Source: Thermoproteota archaeon
GTDB taxonomy: Archaea; Korarchaeota; Korarchaeia; Korarchaeales; Korarchaeaceae
DNA length: 64,000 bases
NCBI GenBank assembly: GCA_026986575.1
Contig: JALSOH010000004.1
Span: 704,001 to 768,000, forward strand
Direction: 5' to 3'
The translations under genes were made by a program, and so were the position numbers. This document shows, one piece after another, positions 40,229 to 50,553 of this stretch (position 1 is its first letter; every line of letters starts with the position of its first letter). The notes under the pieces were generated by a model. The model worked only from the letters and a program-made list of their open reading frames with translations, was not told the DNA's origin and did no database searches.

Positions 40229-42163
40229 ATGGTCAAGCTGAGATTGCCGGATGGGAGGGAGCTGGAGGCCAAAATAGGCGAGAGCATACTTGAGCAGATC
40301 CCACCTGAGTCTGGACTTGTGGCTAAGGTTGACGGCAGGCTAGTGGACCTCACTTGGATCGTTCGCGAGGGAGTGGGGACGATAGAGGTGCTGAACTTCA
40401 ACTCCCCCGAGGGCAGGGAGACTTACTGGCACACCTCTTCCCACATACTGGCTCAGGCGGTGAAGAGGCTCTTCCCAGATGCGAAGCTGGGAATAGGCCC
40501 CGCCATAGAGGAGGGCTTCTTCTATGACTTCGATCTCGGAGGGAGATCCTTCTCTCCGGAGGATCTGGAGAGGATAGAGGGGGAGATGAGGAGTATTGTG
40601 GAGGAGAACCTTCCAGTGGTCAGGGAGGAGATGGAGAGGGAGGAGGCCATCAAGCTGTTCAGGAGCATGGGCGAGGTATACAAGGTGGAACTCCTCGAGG
40701 AGATGGATGAGGATGTGGTCTCGGTCTACAGGCAGGGGGAGTTCGTGGACCTGTGCAGGGGACCCCACCTCCCCTACACTGGCTATGTGAAGGCCCTTAA
40801 GGTGCTCCACGCCTCCTCTGCCTACTGGAGGGGAGATGAGAGGAACCCAGTGATGCAGAGGGTCTACGGCATATCCTTCCCCACCGAGGAGGAGCTGAAA
40901 CGCTACCTGAAGATGAGGGAGGAGGCGAGGAAGAGGGACCACAGGATCGTGGGCCCGCAACTCGACCTCTTCTCCATGCCCTCCGAATTGATAGGACCCG
41001 GCTTGGTGATCTGGCACCCGAAGGGAGCGCGCATAAGGAGGGTGATAGAGGACTTCCTAGTGAGGGTCCACCTGAAGTGGGGCTACGAGCTCGTGTACTC
41101 GCCCCACATAGCCTACACCAACCTCTGGAGGACTTCGGGACACCTAAGCTACTACAGGGACTTCATGTACGTCTTCGAGAAGGAGGGGATAGAGCACGCG
41201 GTCAAGCCCATGAACTGCCCGTTCCACATACTCGTGTACAAGTCCAAGAGGAGGAGTTACAGAGAGCTCCCCATGAGGCTGTTCGAGCTCGGGACGGTGT
41301 ACAGGTACGAGAGGTCCGGTGTGCTGCACGGCCTGCTGAGGGCTAGAGGGTTCACCCAGGATGATGCCCACATCTTCACGACCCCGGAGAAGCTGGAGGA
41401 GGAGATATTCAGGGTAATAGAGCTGGACGAGTACCTGATGCGATCCTTCGGCTTCGAGGAGTTCAAGGTGGAGATCTCCACTTGGGATCCGAGGCACCCC
41501 GAAGAATACATGGGGAGCGAGGAGGACTGGAACAGGGCCCAATACGCCTTGGAGGAGGCTCTAAGGAAAAAGGGCTACGAGTACGAGGTGATGGAAGGTG
41601 AGGCAGCCTTCTACGGCCCCAAGATAGATGTGAAGCTCGTGGACTCCATAGGGAGGGAGTGGCAGCTGAGCACGATACAGCTCGACTTCAACCTCCCCAA
41701 GAGGTTCAACGTCACTTACGTGGACGCCGACGGGAATGAGAAGACCGTCATCATGATACACAGGGCCCTCCTAGGATCTATAGAGAGGTTCTTCGGCATA
41801 TTGCTCGAGCACTACGCCGGGAACTTCCCCCTCTGGCTAGCTCCGGTTCAAGTGAGGATTTTACCCGTAGCGGAGAGGCATTTGGACAGGGCGAGGGAAG
41901 TTTTAGACCGCCTGCTCAGTGCCGGGATCAGGGCCGATCTGGACGACGCTAGAGGGACCCTTGGGTACAGGATAAGGGAGAGCGAGCTGGAGAAGATTCC
42001 GATCCTCCTAGTGATAGGTGACAGAGAGGTCGAGTCTGGTAAAGTGGCAGTGAGGCGTAAGGGCAAGGGGAACCTAGGGTCCATGGATCTGGATGTGTTC
42101 CTCAGGGAGTTCACGGAGGAGTTCCTGCCGCCAGATCTGAGGGGAGGCTCCTCAACTTTTTAG
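40229..42163 (+). CDS. thrS: Threonyl-tRNA synthetase, bacterial type (TGS plus SAD editing domain)
   Basis: HTSSH, GPAIEEGFFYDF, DLCRGPH, RDHR, KPMNCP, RYERSG, FTQDDAH, AFYGPK, HRA.LGSIERF. Confidence 0.97.
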   Translation: MVKLRLPDGRELEAKIGESILEQIPPESGLVAKVDGRLVDLTWIVREGVGTIEVLNFNSPEGRETYWHTSSHILAQAVKRLFPDAKLGIGPAIEEGFFYDFDLGGRSFSPEDLERIEGEMRSIVEENLPVVREEMEREEAIKLFRSMGEVYKVELLEEMDEDVVSVYRQGEFVDLCRGPHLPYTGYVKALKVLHASSAYWRGDERNPVMQRVYGISFPTEEELKRYLKMREEARKRDHRIVGPQLDLFSMPSELIGPGLVIWHPKGARIRRVIEDFLVRVHLKWGYELVYSPHIAYTNLWRTSGHLSYYRDFMYVFEKEGIEHAVKPMNCPFHILVYKSKRRSYRELPMRLFELGTVYRYERSGVLHGLLRARGFTQDDAHIFTTPEKLEEEIFRVIELDEYLMRSFGFEEFKVEISTWDPRHPEEYMGSEEDWNRAQYALEEALRKKGYEYEVMEGEAAFYGPKIDVKLVDSIGREWQLSTIQLDFNLPKRFNVTYVDADGNEKTVIMIHRALLGSIERFFGILLEHYAGNFPLWLAPVQVRILPVAERHLDRAREVLDRLLSAGIRADLDDARGTLGYRIRESELEKIPILLVIGDREVESGKVAVRRKGKGNLGSMDLDVFLREFTEEFLPPDLRGGSSTF

Positions 42164-42185
42164 CCTCTCCTCGTCCCTTCCGTCT

Positions 42186-42731
42186 ATGAGGTTTAAATCC
42201 CTGACCTTGGGAGTGGGGGCATTCGCGGTTCCACTGTCCTCTGTCTTCCTCTCGATAGCCCTTTCCCCTTGGTTTCGATGGGAGGTCAACGCCCTCAGCG
42301 ATCTAGGCCACTCCCTGAAGAGCCCCGTGGCTCCCCTGTTCAACGTGGGTCTCGTCACGGGAGGACTCTTGATGATTCTCTACTCCGTTCTCTACATGAT
42401 TAGGAAGTACCCCCTTACCTCGAAGCTAATTGCAGCGTCTGGATACTTCCTGATGCTGGTAGGGACCTTCGACGAGGTGTACGGGAGGCTTCACTTCTTG
42501 GTATCCCTGTTCTTCTTCTTGGGGATCGCCATAGCAGCCATAGTTTACGGTTACGAGGAGGGGAAGAACTATCCTGTGATCTCCACCGTAGCAATCGCGG
42601 TCTCTTGGGCGCTGCAACTGTCCGGGGCTTGCCCGTGTGGTGAAGCGGTTCCCGAGATGATCTCGATTCTAGTGACCCTTCCGTGGTACTTGGACTCGTT
42701 GAGGAATGTGGAGAGGAGTCTTAAGTGGTAG
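42186..42731 (+). CDS. DUF998 membrane protein
   Basis: NALSDLG, LFN.GL, LVG.F.E, LH..VS..FF, AVPE. Confidence 0.82.
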   Translation: MRFKSLTLGVGAFAVPLSSVFLSIALSPWFRWEVNALSDLGHSLKSPVAPLFNVGLVTGGLLMILYSVLYMIRKYPLTSKLIAASGYFLMLVGTFDEVYGRLHFLVSLFFFLGIAIAAIVYGYEEGKNYPVISTVAIAVSWALQLSGACPCGEAVPEMISILVTLPWYLDSLRNVERSLKW

Positions 42732-42735
42732 TGGG

Positions 42736-43890
42736 GTGGTGGATACGGAACTGAAGCGGAGGGAGGCCTACAAAGCAATCATCCTGTTTGGGCTCGTGAG
42801 TCTAGTGGGGGATGTGATCTACGAGGGGGCTAGGGCGGTGGCCCCATCCTATTTGGGAGCTTTAGGTGCTACCGCCCTAGTAGTGGGACTGGTCTTCGGC
42901 GTCTCCGAGTTCGTTGGACTGTCCCTAAGGCTTGTTAGTGGCGTGTTGGCCGACATCACGGGCGCTTACTGGGCCCTCTACCTCTTGGGCTACGGTCTAA
43001 TAGTATCGATACCCCTTCTCGGCCTGACCAACCTGTGGCCCGTGGCCGTGGCCCTGATCTTCGCCGAAAGGATCGCCAAAGGCCTCAGATCTCCAGCCAG
43101 GGATGTCCTAATCTCTGCAGTGTCCAAGGGGGTCGGTGCCGGGAAGGCGTTCGGCCTGCACGAGCTCATGGATCAGGTAGGTGCCATCTCGGGACCGGCA
43201 CTGCTGGGCACGATTTTGCTCCTCCGACCCAACGACTATTCCTTAGCCTTCCTCTCGCTCCTGATCCCCTACCTCGTCCTGCTAGCCTCAATCCTCTACA
43301 TCTACTACAGGTTCAGGGGCGCGATCCCCGCGGGGAAGGGGAACAAGCTCAGTCTATCTGATCTCCCGACTAACTTCTGGATATACTCGCTAGCGGTCTT
43401 CCTGAACACGGCCGGTCTGATTCACGTCTCTCTGATTGTGCTCACCTCCAGCGAGGCCTTTTCCCCTTGGATGGCTGCCTACCTCTATGTACTCATGCAG
43501 GCCGTGGATGCGATCTCCGCTCCTATGGCAGGCCTCGCCTACGACAGGATGGGGAGGAAGGTGCTGTATCTGCCGTTCCTACTTTCTCCGATACCATCCA
43601 TAGCCACCCTTATGGGAGGGAGCAAAGTGCTCTTGGCGGTGATCTTCTTCGGAGTGATCTACGGGATGCAGGAGTCCATCTACAGAGCGGCGGTCTCAGA
43701 TCTAGTCTCAATGGAGGTGAGAGGGACAGCCTACGGCATGTTCAACACAGCCTACGGCCTCGGTTTTCTGGTGAGCGGCTCACTCTTCGGCTACTTCCTC
43801 TACACTGGGGATGTGCTCACGGGCACCGTGTTCTCCATTACCGCGCAGATTGTAGCGATAATTGCCCTCCACAGATCCCTACTCGATTGA
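42736..43890 (+). CDS. MFS transporter
   Basis: SLVGD..YEG, SG.LAD, ERIAKGLRSPARD, GKAFGLH..MDQ.GA, RGTAYG. Confidence 0.9.
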   Translation: MVDTELKRREAYKAIILFGLVSLVGDVIYEGARAVAPSYLGALGATALVVGLVFGVSEFVGLSLRLVSGVLADITGAYWALYLLGYGLIVSIPLLGLTNLWPVAVALIFAERIAKGLRSPARDVLISAVSKGVGAGKAFGLHELMDQVGAISGPALLGTILLLRPNDYSLAFLSLLIPYLVLLASILYIYYRFRGAIPAGKGNKLSLSDLPTNFWIYSLAVFLNTAGLIHVSLIVLTSSEAFSPWMAAYLYVLMQAVDAISAPMAGLAYDRMGRKVLYLPFLLSPIPSIATLMGGSKVLLAVIFFGVIYGMQESIYRAAVSDLVSMEVRGTAYGMFNTAYGLGFLVSGSLFGYFLYTGDVLTGTVFSITAQIVAIIALHRSLLD

Positions 43891-44781
43891 GACACCCACC
43901 TCCTCCAATACCTCCCTTATCTTCGCCCTAACCTCGGCGGATTCTACCATTAGAGGGGGCCTGCACACTTCCTTCACCGGAGCTCCAAGTATCGACAGGG
44001 CGGTCTTTATCGCGGTCGGGAACGAGGATGCGAAGTCATATATCCTAGCAAGGCTCGCGAGCTTTCTGAACCCTTCCACGGAGCCTTTGAGATCCCCGGA
44101 GAGCCACGACCGGTGTATCGACAGGTGGATCTCGGGTGCAACGTTGGCTAGGGCCATGATCCCGCCGTCCCCTCCCAAAGCTAGGGTGTTGAGCAAGTGG
44201 TCATCCATCCCGGTCAGCACAGAGAAGTCCGGCCTGACGGATTTCACCTTGACCACGAGGTTGCGCATATATGAAACGCTGTCCTTTGTCACTTTCGCGC
44301 CCACCACGTTGGAGAACTCCTCAGCTAGCCTGACATAGACGCTCACGGGGATTTCATTTCCGGTGAGGGACGGTATATTGTATACGATGAGTGGTAGATC
44401 CAAGGAGTTGGCTATCCTGCTGAAGTGGTGGAGGAGCCAGTCCTCCTTGAGCTTGAAGAAGTAAGGGGGCATCACCACGGCGCCGTCCACTCCTAAGTCT
44501 TTCATCTCCCTACCGAGTGAGATGGCCTCCTCCGTGTAATTTGAGCTTATCCCAGGGAGTATCTTGGGTCCTTCAACAGCATCTAGGCTTATCCTCACTA
44601 CATCGAGCATCTCTTCCCTCCTAAGGTGAACGAATTCCCCGGTAGTCGAGTTGACGAAGATACCATCAACTCCTCTCTCGCTTAAGAATGAAATGAGCCA
44701 TCTCAAGGCCTCTTCATCGATGGAAAGGTCCTCATTGAAGGGGGTTACCATCGGAACTATTACTCCGGAAAATCCCTTCAT
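43879..44781 (-). CDS. DapA/NanA family class I aldolase
   Basis: VPMVTPF, STTGEF, PPYF, YNIP..TG, Schiff-base Lys in GAKVT, GGI.A.AN. Confidence 0.88.
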   Translation of the reverse strand: MKGFSGVIVPMVTPFNEDLSIDEEALRWLISFLSERGVDGIFVNSTTGEFVHLRREEMLDVVRISLDAVEGPKILPGISSNYTEEAISLGREMKDLGVDGAVVMPPYFFKLKEDWLLHHFSRIANSLDLPLIVYNIPSLTGNEIPVSVYVRLAEEFSNVVGAKVTKDSVSYMRNLVVKVKSVRPDFSVLTGMDDHLLNTLALGGDGGIMALANVAPEIHLSIHRSWLSGDLKGSVEGFRKLASLARIYDFASSFPTAIKTALSILGAPVKEVCRPPLMVESAEVRAKIREVLEEVGVSIE

Positions 44782-45184
44782 ATGAATGAGAGGGGGAGGA
44801 GATCATATAACCCCTAAGTGGTGAGGGACCTCTGCAGTCCCTGAACGTACCTAGCAAGGAGGTAGGCCATGGCCAGGTTAGTGGTGGCCATGAGTATGCC
44901 GACCCCTCCGTCGAATCCCATCAGGGTCAGCACCAGCCCTACATGGTAGGCAAGAGCGTTACCCACCATCAATCCGAAGGTCCTCAAGGCCACCACCGCT
45001 GATCCTTCCACCAGCGTTATAAATACAAATTGCTCGATATCGTTTCGTAACGTTTCAATAGAATTGTTGGGGACCCTTTCTACCATTACATGCTTACAGG
45101 AGGGGGAACTTAACGTAATCACATCTGAGAAAACCGTTCAGAGGAAGGTAAAGACTTTTGATACCGGAAGGCTAGGGAGCTGGA

Positions 45185-46267
45185 GTGAACATGAGGGTGT
45201 ATTTGGACAACGAACTCTCTCCTAGGCCTCCGGACGAGATAGTCGAGTTTCTCACCCCTTTCTTTAACAAGAAAGCTTATGGATCCCCTAAGGTACCACA
45301 CGAACCCGGTCTGGAGGCTTATCAGTTCATTCAAGAGGTGCTGGAGTACATGGGCTCCTTGCTCAACTCCGAGGGCGACTTCACTATAGTGGGTAGCGGG
45401 ACGGAGGCCAACAATCTGGCCCTGAAGGGGATCATTCGGTACCTCGGCAGGAAGGGTAATCTGGTGACGAGCTCTGTCGAGCATAGGAGCGTGTTTGGCC
45501 CCTTGGAGGATCTATCCCAGGTAGTTGGGGTTAGGATAGCCCAAGTGGACGAGGACGGTCACGTTAAGGTTGAGGAGATTGAGAAGTTGATGGACGGGGA
45601 GACAATCATGGTCAGCGTCCAGATGGTGAATCAGGAGACGGGCGCGATCCACGATCTGGACGCGGTTTCCGACATAACTAGGGATAAGGGAGTTCTCCTA
45701 CATGTGGACGCGTGCGATGCCTTGGGAAGGCTACCCATAGACCTATCCAAAGTGGACCTCCTCTCCTTGAGCGGAAGCAAGATATATGGTCCGAGAGGAG
45801 TTGGATTCCTCTACGTCAGGGAAGATCTGGATCTGAAGCCCATAATGTCGGGAAGCTCTGGGATACAACTGTTAACCCCTGTTGACGTGAATGTACCCGC
45901 TTTAGCTGGATTCTATAAGGCCTTACAGCTGTTCGGTTCCCATGAAAATTGGAGGGAAGTGAAGATGATGAGGGATAGGATATCCGAGGAGCTGGAGGCC
46001 ATGGGCGTGGTAATGAATAGCCCGCCGGACTCGATCGACACAATCAACTTCTCGGTGAATGAGGGGGCAGGGGCACTGATACTAGAGGCGAGTTCACGCG
46101 GGCTCTACCTGTCTCAGGGCACCTCTGAACCGGTGAGCTACGTACTCACCGCCATGGGAAGGCCGAGGGACTTGGCCGCTAACAGTCTCATGTTAAAGCT
46201 TCATCCATATATGAGGTGGAAGGAGGTCGACTTCACGATAGAAGTATTGAGCGACCTGCTGAGGTGA
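45185..46267 (+). CDS. IscS/NifS-like class V PLP protein lacking the catalytic Cys
   Basis: VYLDN, SGTEANN, SSVEH.SV, VNQETG, HVDA, SGSKIYGPRG.G; SQGTSEPVSYVL replaces SGSAC. Confidence 0.82.
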   Translation: MNMRVYLDNELSPRPPDEIVEFLTPFFNKKAYGSPKVPHEPGLEAYQFIQEVLEYMGSLLNSEGDFTIVGSGTEANNLALKGIIRYLGRKGNLVTSSVEHRSVFGPLEDLSQVVGVRIAQVDEDGHVKVEEIEKLMDGETIMVSVQMVNQETGAIHDLDAVSDITRDKGVLLHVDACDALGRLPIDLSKVDLLSLSGSKIYGPRGVGFLYVREDLDLKPIMSGSSGIQLLTPVDVNVPALAGFYKALQLFGSHENWREVKMMRDRISEELEAMGVVMNSPPDSIDTINFSVNEGAGALILEASSRGLYLSQGTSEPVSYVLTAMGRPRDLAANSLMLKLHPYMRWKEVDFTIEVLSDLLR

Positions 46268-46352
46268 GAGGAAGCTTAAAGAGGACGAGTTCTCGCGGAT
46301 CATTTCACACATGAAAAAAGGAAACTATTTCAAATATACTTTGAACTGAATC

Positions 46353-47747
46353 ATGGTGCCCTGTATGTCCGAGCATAAGCCTACTGTTGAGGAGCTTCTT
46401 AAGAAGGCTGAAAAGCCTTCCAAGCTAGCCCTGGCATACCATCCGTTTTATGAGGGCAAGGTTCAAGTTATGCCCAAATGTGTCGTCAGGGATGTGGATG
46501 ACTTCGCCATCTGGTACACGCCCGGCGTCGCAGCCTCGTGCAAGGTGATAAAGGAGGATCCCGAGCAATCTTTCTACCACACCAACAGGTGGAACTATGT
46601 TGCCGTCGTGAGCGACGGCACTAGGGTTCTGGGACTCGGTAATATAGGTCCGGAGGCAGGCCTACCTGTGATGGAGGGTAAGGCCCTCCTATTCAAGTAT
46701 TTGGGGGGAGTCGATGCCTTCCCACTAGTTGTTAGGGCTCACAAGCCGGATGAGATGCTCAAGCTCTTGGAGTGGATCGAACCTAACTTCGGAGGGATCA
46801 ACCTAGAGGATATCGAGAAGCCGAAGTGTTATTATGTATTGGAAGAGGCGAGGAAGAGGCTTGAGATCCCCGTTTGGCACGATGATCAGCAGGGAACAGC
46901 CACCGTGGTATATGCAGGTCTCAAGAACGCATTCAAAGTAGTTGGCAAGGATATGAAGCAGGCGAAGATAGTCTTCTATGGAGCGGGCGCATCCAACGTC
47001 AGAGGAGCGATAGTCCTGATAAAGGCAGGCGTACCTCCGGGACATATCGTGATGATAGACAGCAAGGGACCATTATACCGTGACAGGCCTGATATGGACG
47101 AGATAAAGGAGAAAGATCCGTGGAAGTACGATCTGGCCATGAAGACCAATGACGAGAACGCTAAAACCATAGAGGAGGCCTTCAAGGGGGCTGACGCAGT
47201 TATAGGAATGAGCAGACCTGGACCCGGTGTTATTAAACCCGAGTGGATCAGGCTGATGAATGACGACGCCATAGTATTCGCGTGCGCCAACCCGGTCCCT
47301 GAGATATGGCCTTGGGAGGCTAAGGAAGCTGGAGCTAGGATCGTCGCCACTGGAAGGAGCGACTTCCCCAACCAAGTGAACAACAGCCTCGGATTCCCCG
47401 CGATTTTCAGAGGCGTCTTAGATGTGAGGGCGAAGACCATAACCGACGAGATGTGTATAGCTGCTGGAGACGCCCTAGCCAAGTTCGCCGAGGAGAAGGG
47501 AATACACGAGGAGTACATACTCCCGACTATGGACGAGTGGGAGGTATATCCGCTGGAGGCGGTAGCTGCGGCTGAGCAGTCCATCAAACAGGGCGTGGCT
47601 AGGAAGATCCTCAGCAGGAACGAGCTCTACGAGAGGGCAGTGAACATAATTAGGAATGCCAGAGAGGCGACCAAGCTCCTCATGGAGAAGGGCCTGATAC
47701 CATCTCCACCTCCTGAGGAGGAGGTCTTGGAGAGCTACGGCCCATAA
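46353..47747 (+). CDS. NAD(P)-dependent malic enzyme
   Basis: [61 protein letters not shown]. Confidence 0.95.
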   Translation: MVPCMSEHKPTVEELLKKAEKPSKLALAYHPFYEGKVQVMPKCVVRDVDDFAIWYTPGVAASCKVIKEDPEQSFYHTNRWNYVAVVSDGTRVLGLGNIGPEAGLPVMEGKALLFKYLGGVDAFPLVVRAHKPDEMLKLLEWIEPNFGGINLEDIEKPKCYYVLEEARKRLEIPVWHDDQQGTATVVYAGLKNAFKVVGKDMKQAKIVFYGAGASNVRGAIVLIKAGVPPGHIVMIDSKGPLYRDRPDMDEIKEKDPWKYDLAMKTNDENAKTIEEAFKGADAVIGMSRPGPGVIKPEWIRLMNDDAIVFACANPVPEIWPWEAKEAGARIVATGRSDFPNQVNNSLGFPAIFRGVLDVRAKTITDEMCIAAGDALAKFAEEKGIHEEYILPTMDEWEVYPLEAVAAAEQSIKQGVARKILSRNELYERAVNIIRNAREATKLLMEKGLIPSPPPEEEVLESYGP

Positions 47748-47835
47748 ACATCCTCCTTTTTCTTTCCCCATAACTCTAGGGAGTCCCGCCAGTTGCATAC
47801 AGTTCACTTTTTAACGCTGGGTGTCCTTCTAGCCT

Positions 47836-49449
47836 ATGCGACTGACCTTCGCGGCATTGCTCCTGACACTCTTGCTTGCATCACAAGCCCCCCCAACCCA
47901 AGCATCCCCACAGGGACGTAAGGTCCTCATAATAGCCAACGAGTTCGATTCCAAGGCCGCGGATGTATTGAAGACGGCCCTCTCGGAACTTGGCATGGAA
48001 GTGGAGAGGTCCATTAAGCCTTCTGATGGTTATGAGTTCTACTTCGTCTTGGGTGGGCCGCTCGCTAAGGATGTAGGACATCTCTCTAGGAAGCTGCTAC
48101 CCCTGGAGGAGTCACAGGCCCTCATGAATGTGAGGGGATACTGGACCTTCGTCCTCTCTTCCATCGATGGAAGGGGCGCTCTGGTTATAGCGGGCCACAC
48201 CAGAAAGGAGACCCTACAGGCCGTTAATTCCCTCCTAGACAACGGGATCGTGGAATTCATGATGGACACAGAGGTGAGGGTAGCACCCCCTCTCTCAGAA
48301 AAAGAGAGGAGAAATACCACCTCGCTGCACTTCAAGTGGAGGTTCCCCCCCAAGGTGGGCAAGGACTATGAGCTCTCCCTAGATATTCCCTTACCTCTAG
48401 TAGATTTCTTTAAGGTAAAACCGAGGATGAAGGTGGTCGAGTTCAATGAGAGCAAGGAGACCCTGATATTCACGTGGTACTTGATGGTCAGGACGCCCCA
48501 CGATGACCCCTACATCTCTAAACTCGTCGAGAAGCTCGAATCCATTGCAGATAGCGAGGGAATGGACGAGTACAGGAAGCTCTGGTTCGTCGCCTCCTTC
48601 GTTCAGAGCCTGAAGTACTCGTTAGCCAACGAGTTCTCCCCAACCGGGGATTACCCCAGCTACCCGTTAGAGACCCTTTACAGGGGTAACGGCGACTGCG
48701 AGGACCTGTCAATCCTCCTAATATCCCTCTATGAGCAGATGGGCTACAAATCGGCCCTCCTGATAATGCCCACCCACGCAGCCGCCGCCTTATCTATGAA
48801 TCCGGAGCTGGTGAGGTGGCCTCGCGTCAAGGCGGACGTAATAGACTTCGAGGGAACTCCAGTGGTTCTCGTTGATCTCCTAGACCTCCAGAGAAAATTG
48901 GGGGAGGGACCAGCTTCCTTGGAGTTCGAGCTAGGTGGAGCGAGCTACTTCTACGTGGAGACCACGAACTTCTTCATGCCAGGCGAAGTTCCCGACCTGT
49001 CGTGGCTGGCCGATCAAATAGGCTGGTACTACAGGGACTTCCCCCTCTTCGTCGTGAGCATGGAGGGGGTCTCCGTTCCTCTCATAGCCAACTACACCAT
49101 AGCCACTAGGAGGATAGGAGACGGATACGGGGTCACGGTCATAGCCAAGGTGGCCAACGTGGGTGAGATGGAGACCGTCCCCCTCAAATTGGAAGCTCAG
49201 CTCTACCCCTTGAGCCAGGTGAGGGTCGGAGGGAACGATCCCCATTTAGTAAGACTCGGGGGAGCTGGCGACAGGTTGACCCTAGACAGGAAAGTTGAGC
49301 TGGTGGATGTGGGCACCCTGCAGCCGGGTACCGTGAAGACCATTGTAATAAATTTCTACACCGTGATCTCAAAGATGGGAGCGGGCATCACGCTGAAATA
49401 CCAGGGCTCCGATCTGGATTTCATAAGGATAAGGCCATTCAATCCGTGA
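47836..49449 (+). CDS. Secreted transglutaminase-like Cys protease with an N-terminal S-layer/CWB2-like domain
   Basis: Signal peptide; IIANEFD..VLGGPLA..IAGHTR.ET; FVQSL.Y, YPLETL..G.GDCED, THAA, YVETT. Confidence 0.78.
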   Translation: MRLTFAALLLTLLLASQAPPTQASPQGRKVLIIANEFDSKAADVLKTALSELGMEVERSIKPSDGYEFYFVLGGPLAKDVGHLSRKLLPLEESQALMNVRGYWTFVLSSIDGRGALVIAGHTRKETLQAVNSLLDNGIVEFMMDTEVRVAPPLSEKERRNTTSLHFKWRFPPKVGKDYELSLDIPLPLVDFFKVKPRMKVVEFNESKETLIFTWYLMVRTPHDDPYISKLVEKLESIADSEGMDEYRKLWFVASFVQSLKYSLANEFSPTGDYPSYPLETLYRGNGDCEDLSILLISLYEQMGYKSALLIMPTHAAAALSMNPELVRWPRVKADVIDFEGTPVVLVDLLDLQRKLGEGPASLEFELGGASYFYVETTNFFMPGEVPDLSWLADQIGWYYRDFPLFVVSMEGVSVPLIANYTIATRRIGDGYGVTVIAKVANVGEMETVPLKLEAQLYPLSQVRVGGNDPHLVRLGGAGDRLTLDRKVELVDVGTLQPGTVKTIVINFYTVISKMGAGITLKYQGSDLDFIRIRPFNP

Positions 49450-49458
49450 GGTGATCGG

Positions 49459-50553
49459 GTGGCCGGGGACGTGCTGGGCAGGGAGCTGCGACTGATATCC
49501 TTTGGGGAGAGCCACGGGGAGGTGGTAGGGGCCGTTGTGGAGGGGGTCCCTGCTGGGCTTCCGCTGGATGAGTCGGATGTGCAGGAGCTGCTTGATCTGA
49601 GGAGGCCCGGCCAGTCCCAATACACCACCAGCAGGTCGGAGGCGGATAGAGTGAGGATCCTCAGCGGGGTCTTCAGGGGGAGGACTACCGGTGCCCCAAT
49701 CGCGATGATAGTGCGAAACGAGGACGTAATCTCCACCTACTACGAGGAGTTCCTGAGGACCCCAAGGCCGGGGCATGCTGACTACGTGGCCAAGCTCAAG
49801 TACGGGGGCTACAACGATTACAGGGGTGGTGGTAGATTCTCAGGCCGAATGACCGTCTCGATGTGCATGGGAGGGGCCATCGCGAGGAAGCTCCTCAAAC
49901 GCATCGGGACGGAGGTTATAGCCTACTCTCTGGAGATAGGTGGTGAGAGGGCATCGGACTTCACGTTGGAGGATGCTAGGGAGTACAGATACAGGAATCC
50001 AGTCAGGGCTCCCAATGAAGAGAGCTACAGGAGGATGGCTGAGGTTATAGAGAGCGCTAGGAGAGAGGGAGACAGCGTGGGTGGGGTGGTGGAAGTCGTG
50101 GCTCTGAATGTACCGCCCGGCCTAGGTGAGCCCCTCTTCGACACCATAGAGGGTGATGTGGCAAAGGCCATGTTCTCCATACCTGCCGTTAAGGGAGTGG
50201 AGTTCGGCTCTGGCTTCAAGGCAGCTAGGATGAGGGGGTCGGAGCACAACGATCCGCTGGTGATAAGAGATGGGAAGGTGGCCTACGCCAAGAACCATCA
50301 CGGTGGCGTCATAGGTGGCATCACCACTGGCGAGCCGATCGTGGTCAGGGTGGCCTTCAAGCCCACCTCATCGATAGCCAAGCCCCAGCGCACTGTCGAC
50401 TTGGAGGAGATGAGGGAGGTCGAGATAAGGGTTAAAGGAAGACACGATCCTTGTATCGTGCCGAGGGCTGTCGTGGTGGTCGAGAGCATGCTAGCCTTCG
50501 TGCTCGCCGATCACGCGATCAGGGCTGGCCTCATACCCAAGGTGCTGAGGTGA
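49459..50553 (+). CDS. aroC: Chorismate synthase
   Basis: FGESHG, RRPG, TTGAPI, PRPGHAD, GDSVGG, AVKGVEFG.GF, FKPTSSI, GRHDPC. Confidence 0.97.
   Translation: MAGDVLGRELRLISFGESHGEVVGAVVEGVPAGLPLDESDVQELLDLRRPGQSQYTTSRSEADRVRILSGVFRGRTTGAPIAMIVRNEDVISTYYEEFLRTPRPGHADYVAKLKYGGYNDYRGGGRFSGRMTVSMCMGGAIARKLLKRIGTEVIAYSLEIGGERASDFTLEDAREYRYRNPVRAPNEESYRRMAEVIESARREGDSVGGVVEVVALNVPPGLGEPLFDTIEGDVAKAMFSIPAVKGVEFGSGFKAARMRGSEHNDPLVIRDGKVAYAKNHHGGVIGGITTGEPIVVRVAFKPTSSIAKPQRTVDLEEMREVEIRVKGRHDPCIVPRAVVVVESMLAFVLADHAIRAGLIPKVLR

Noticed and set aside
44814-45122. 102-aa hydrophobic ORF
   Set aside because: Only the 3' half looks membrane-protein-like, there is no credible start or RBS, and the 5' half overlaps likely promoter DNA; possibly a fragment.
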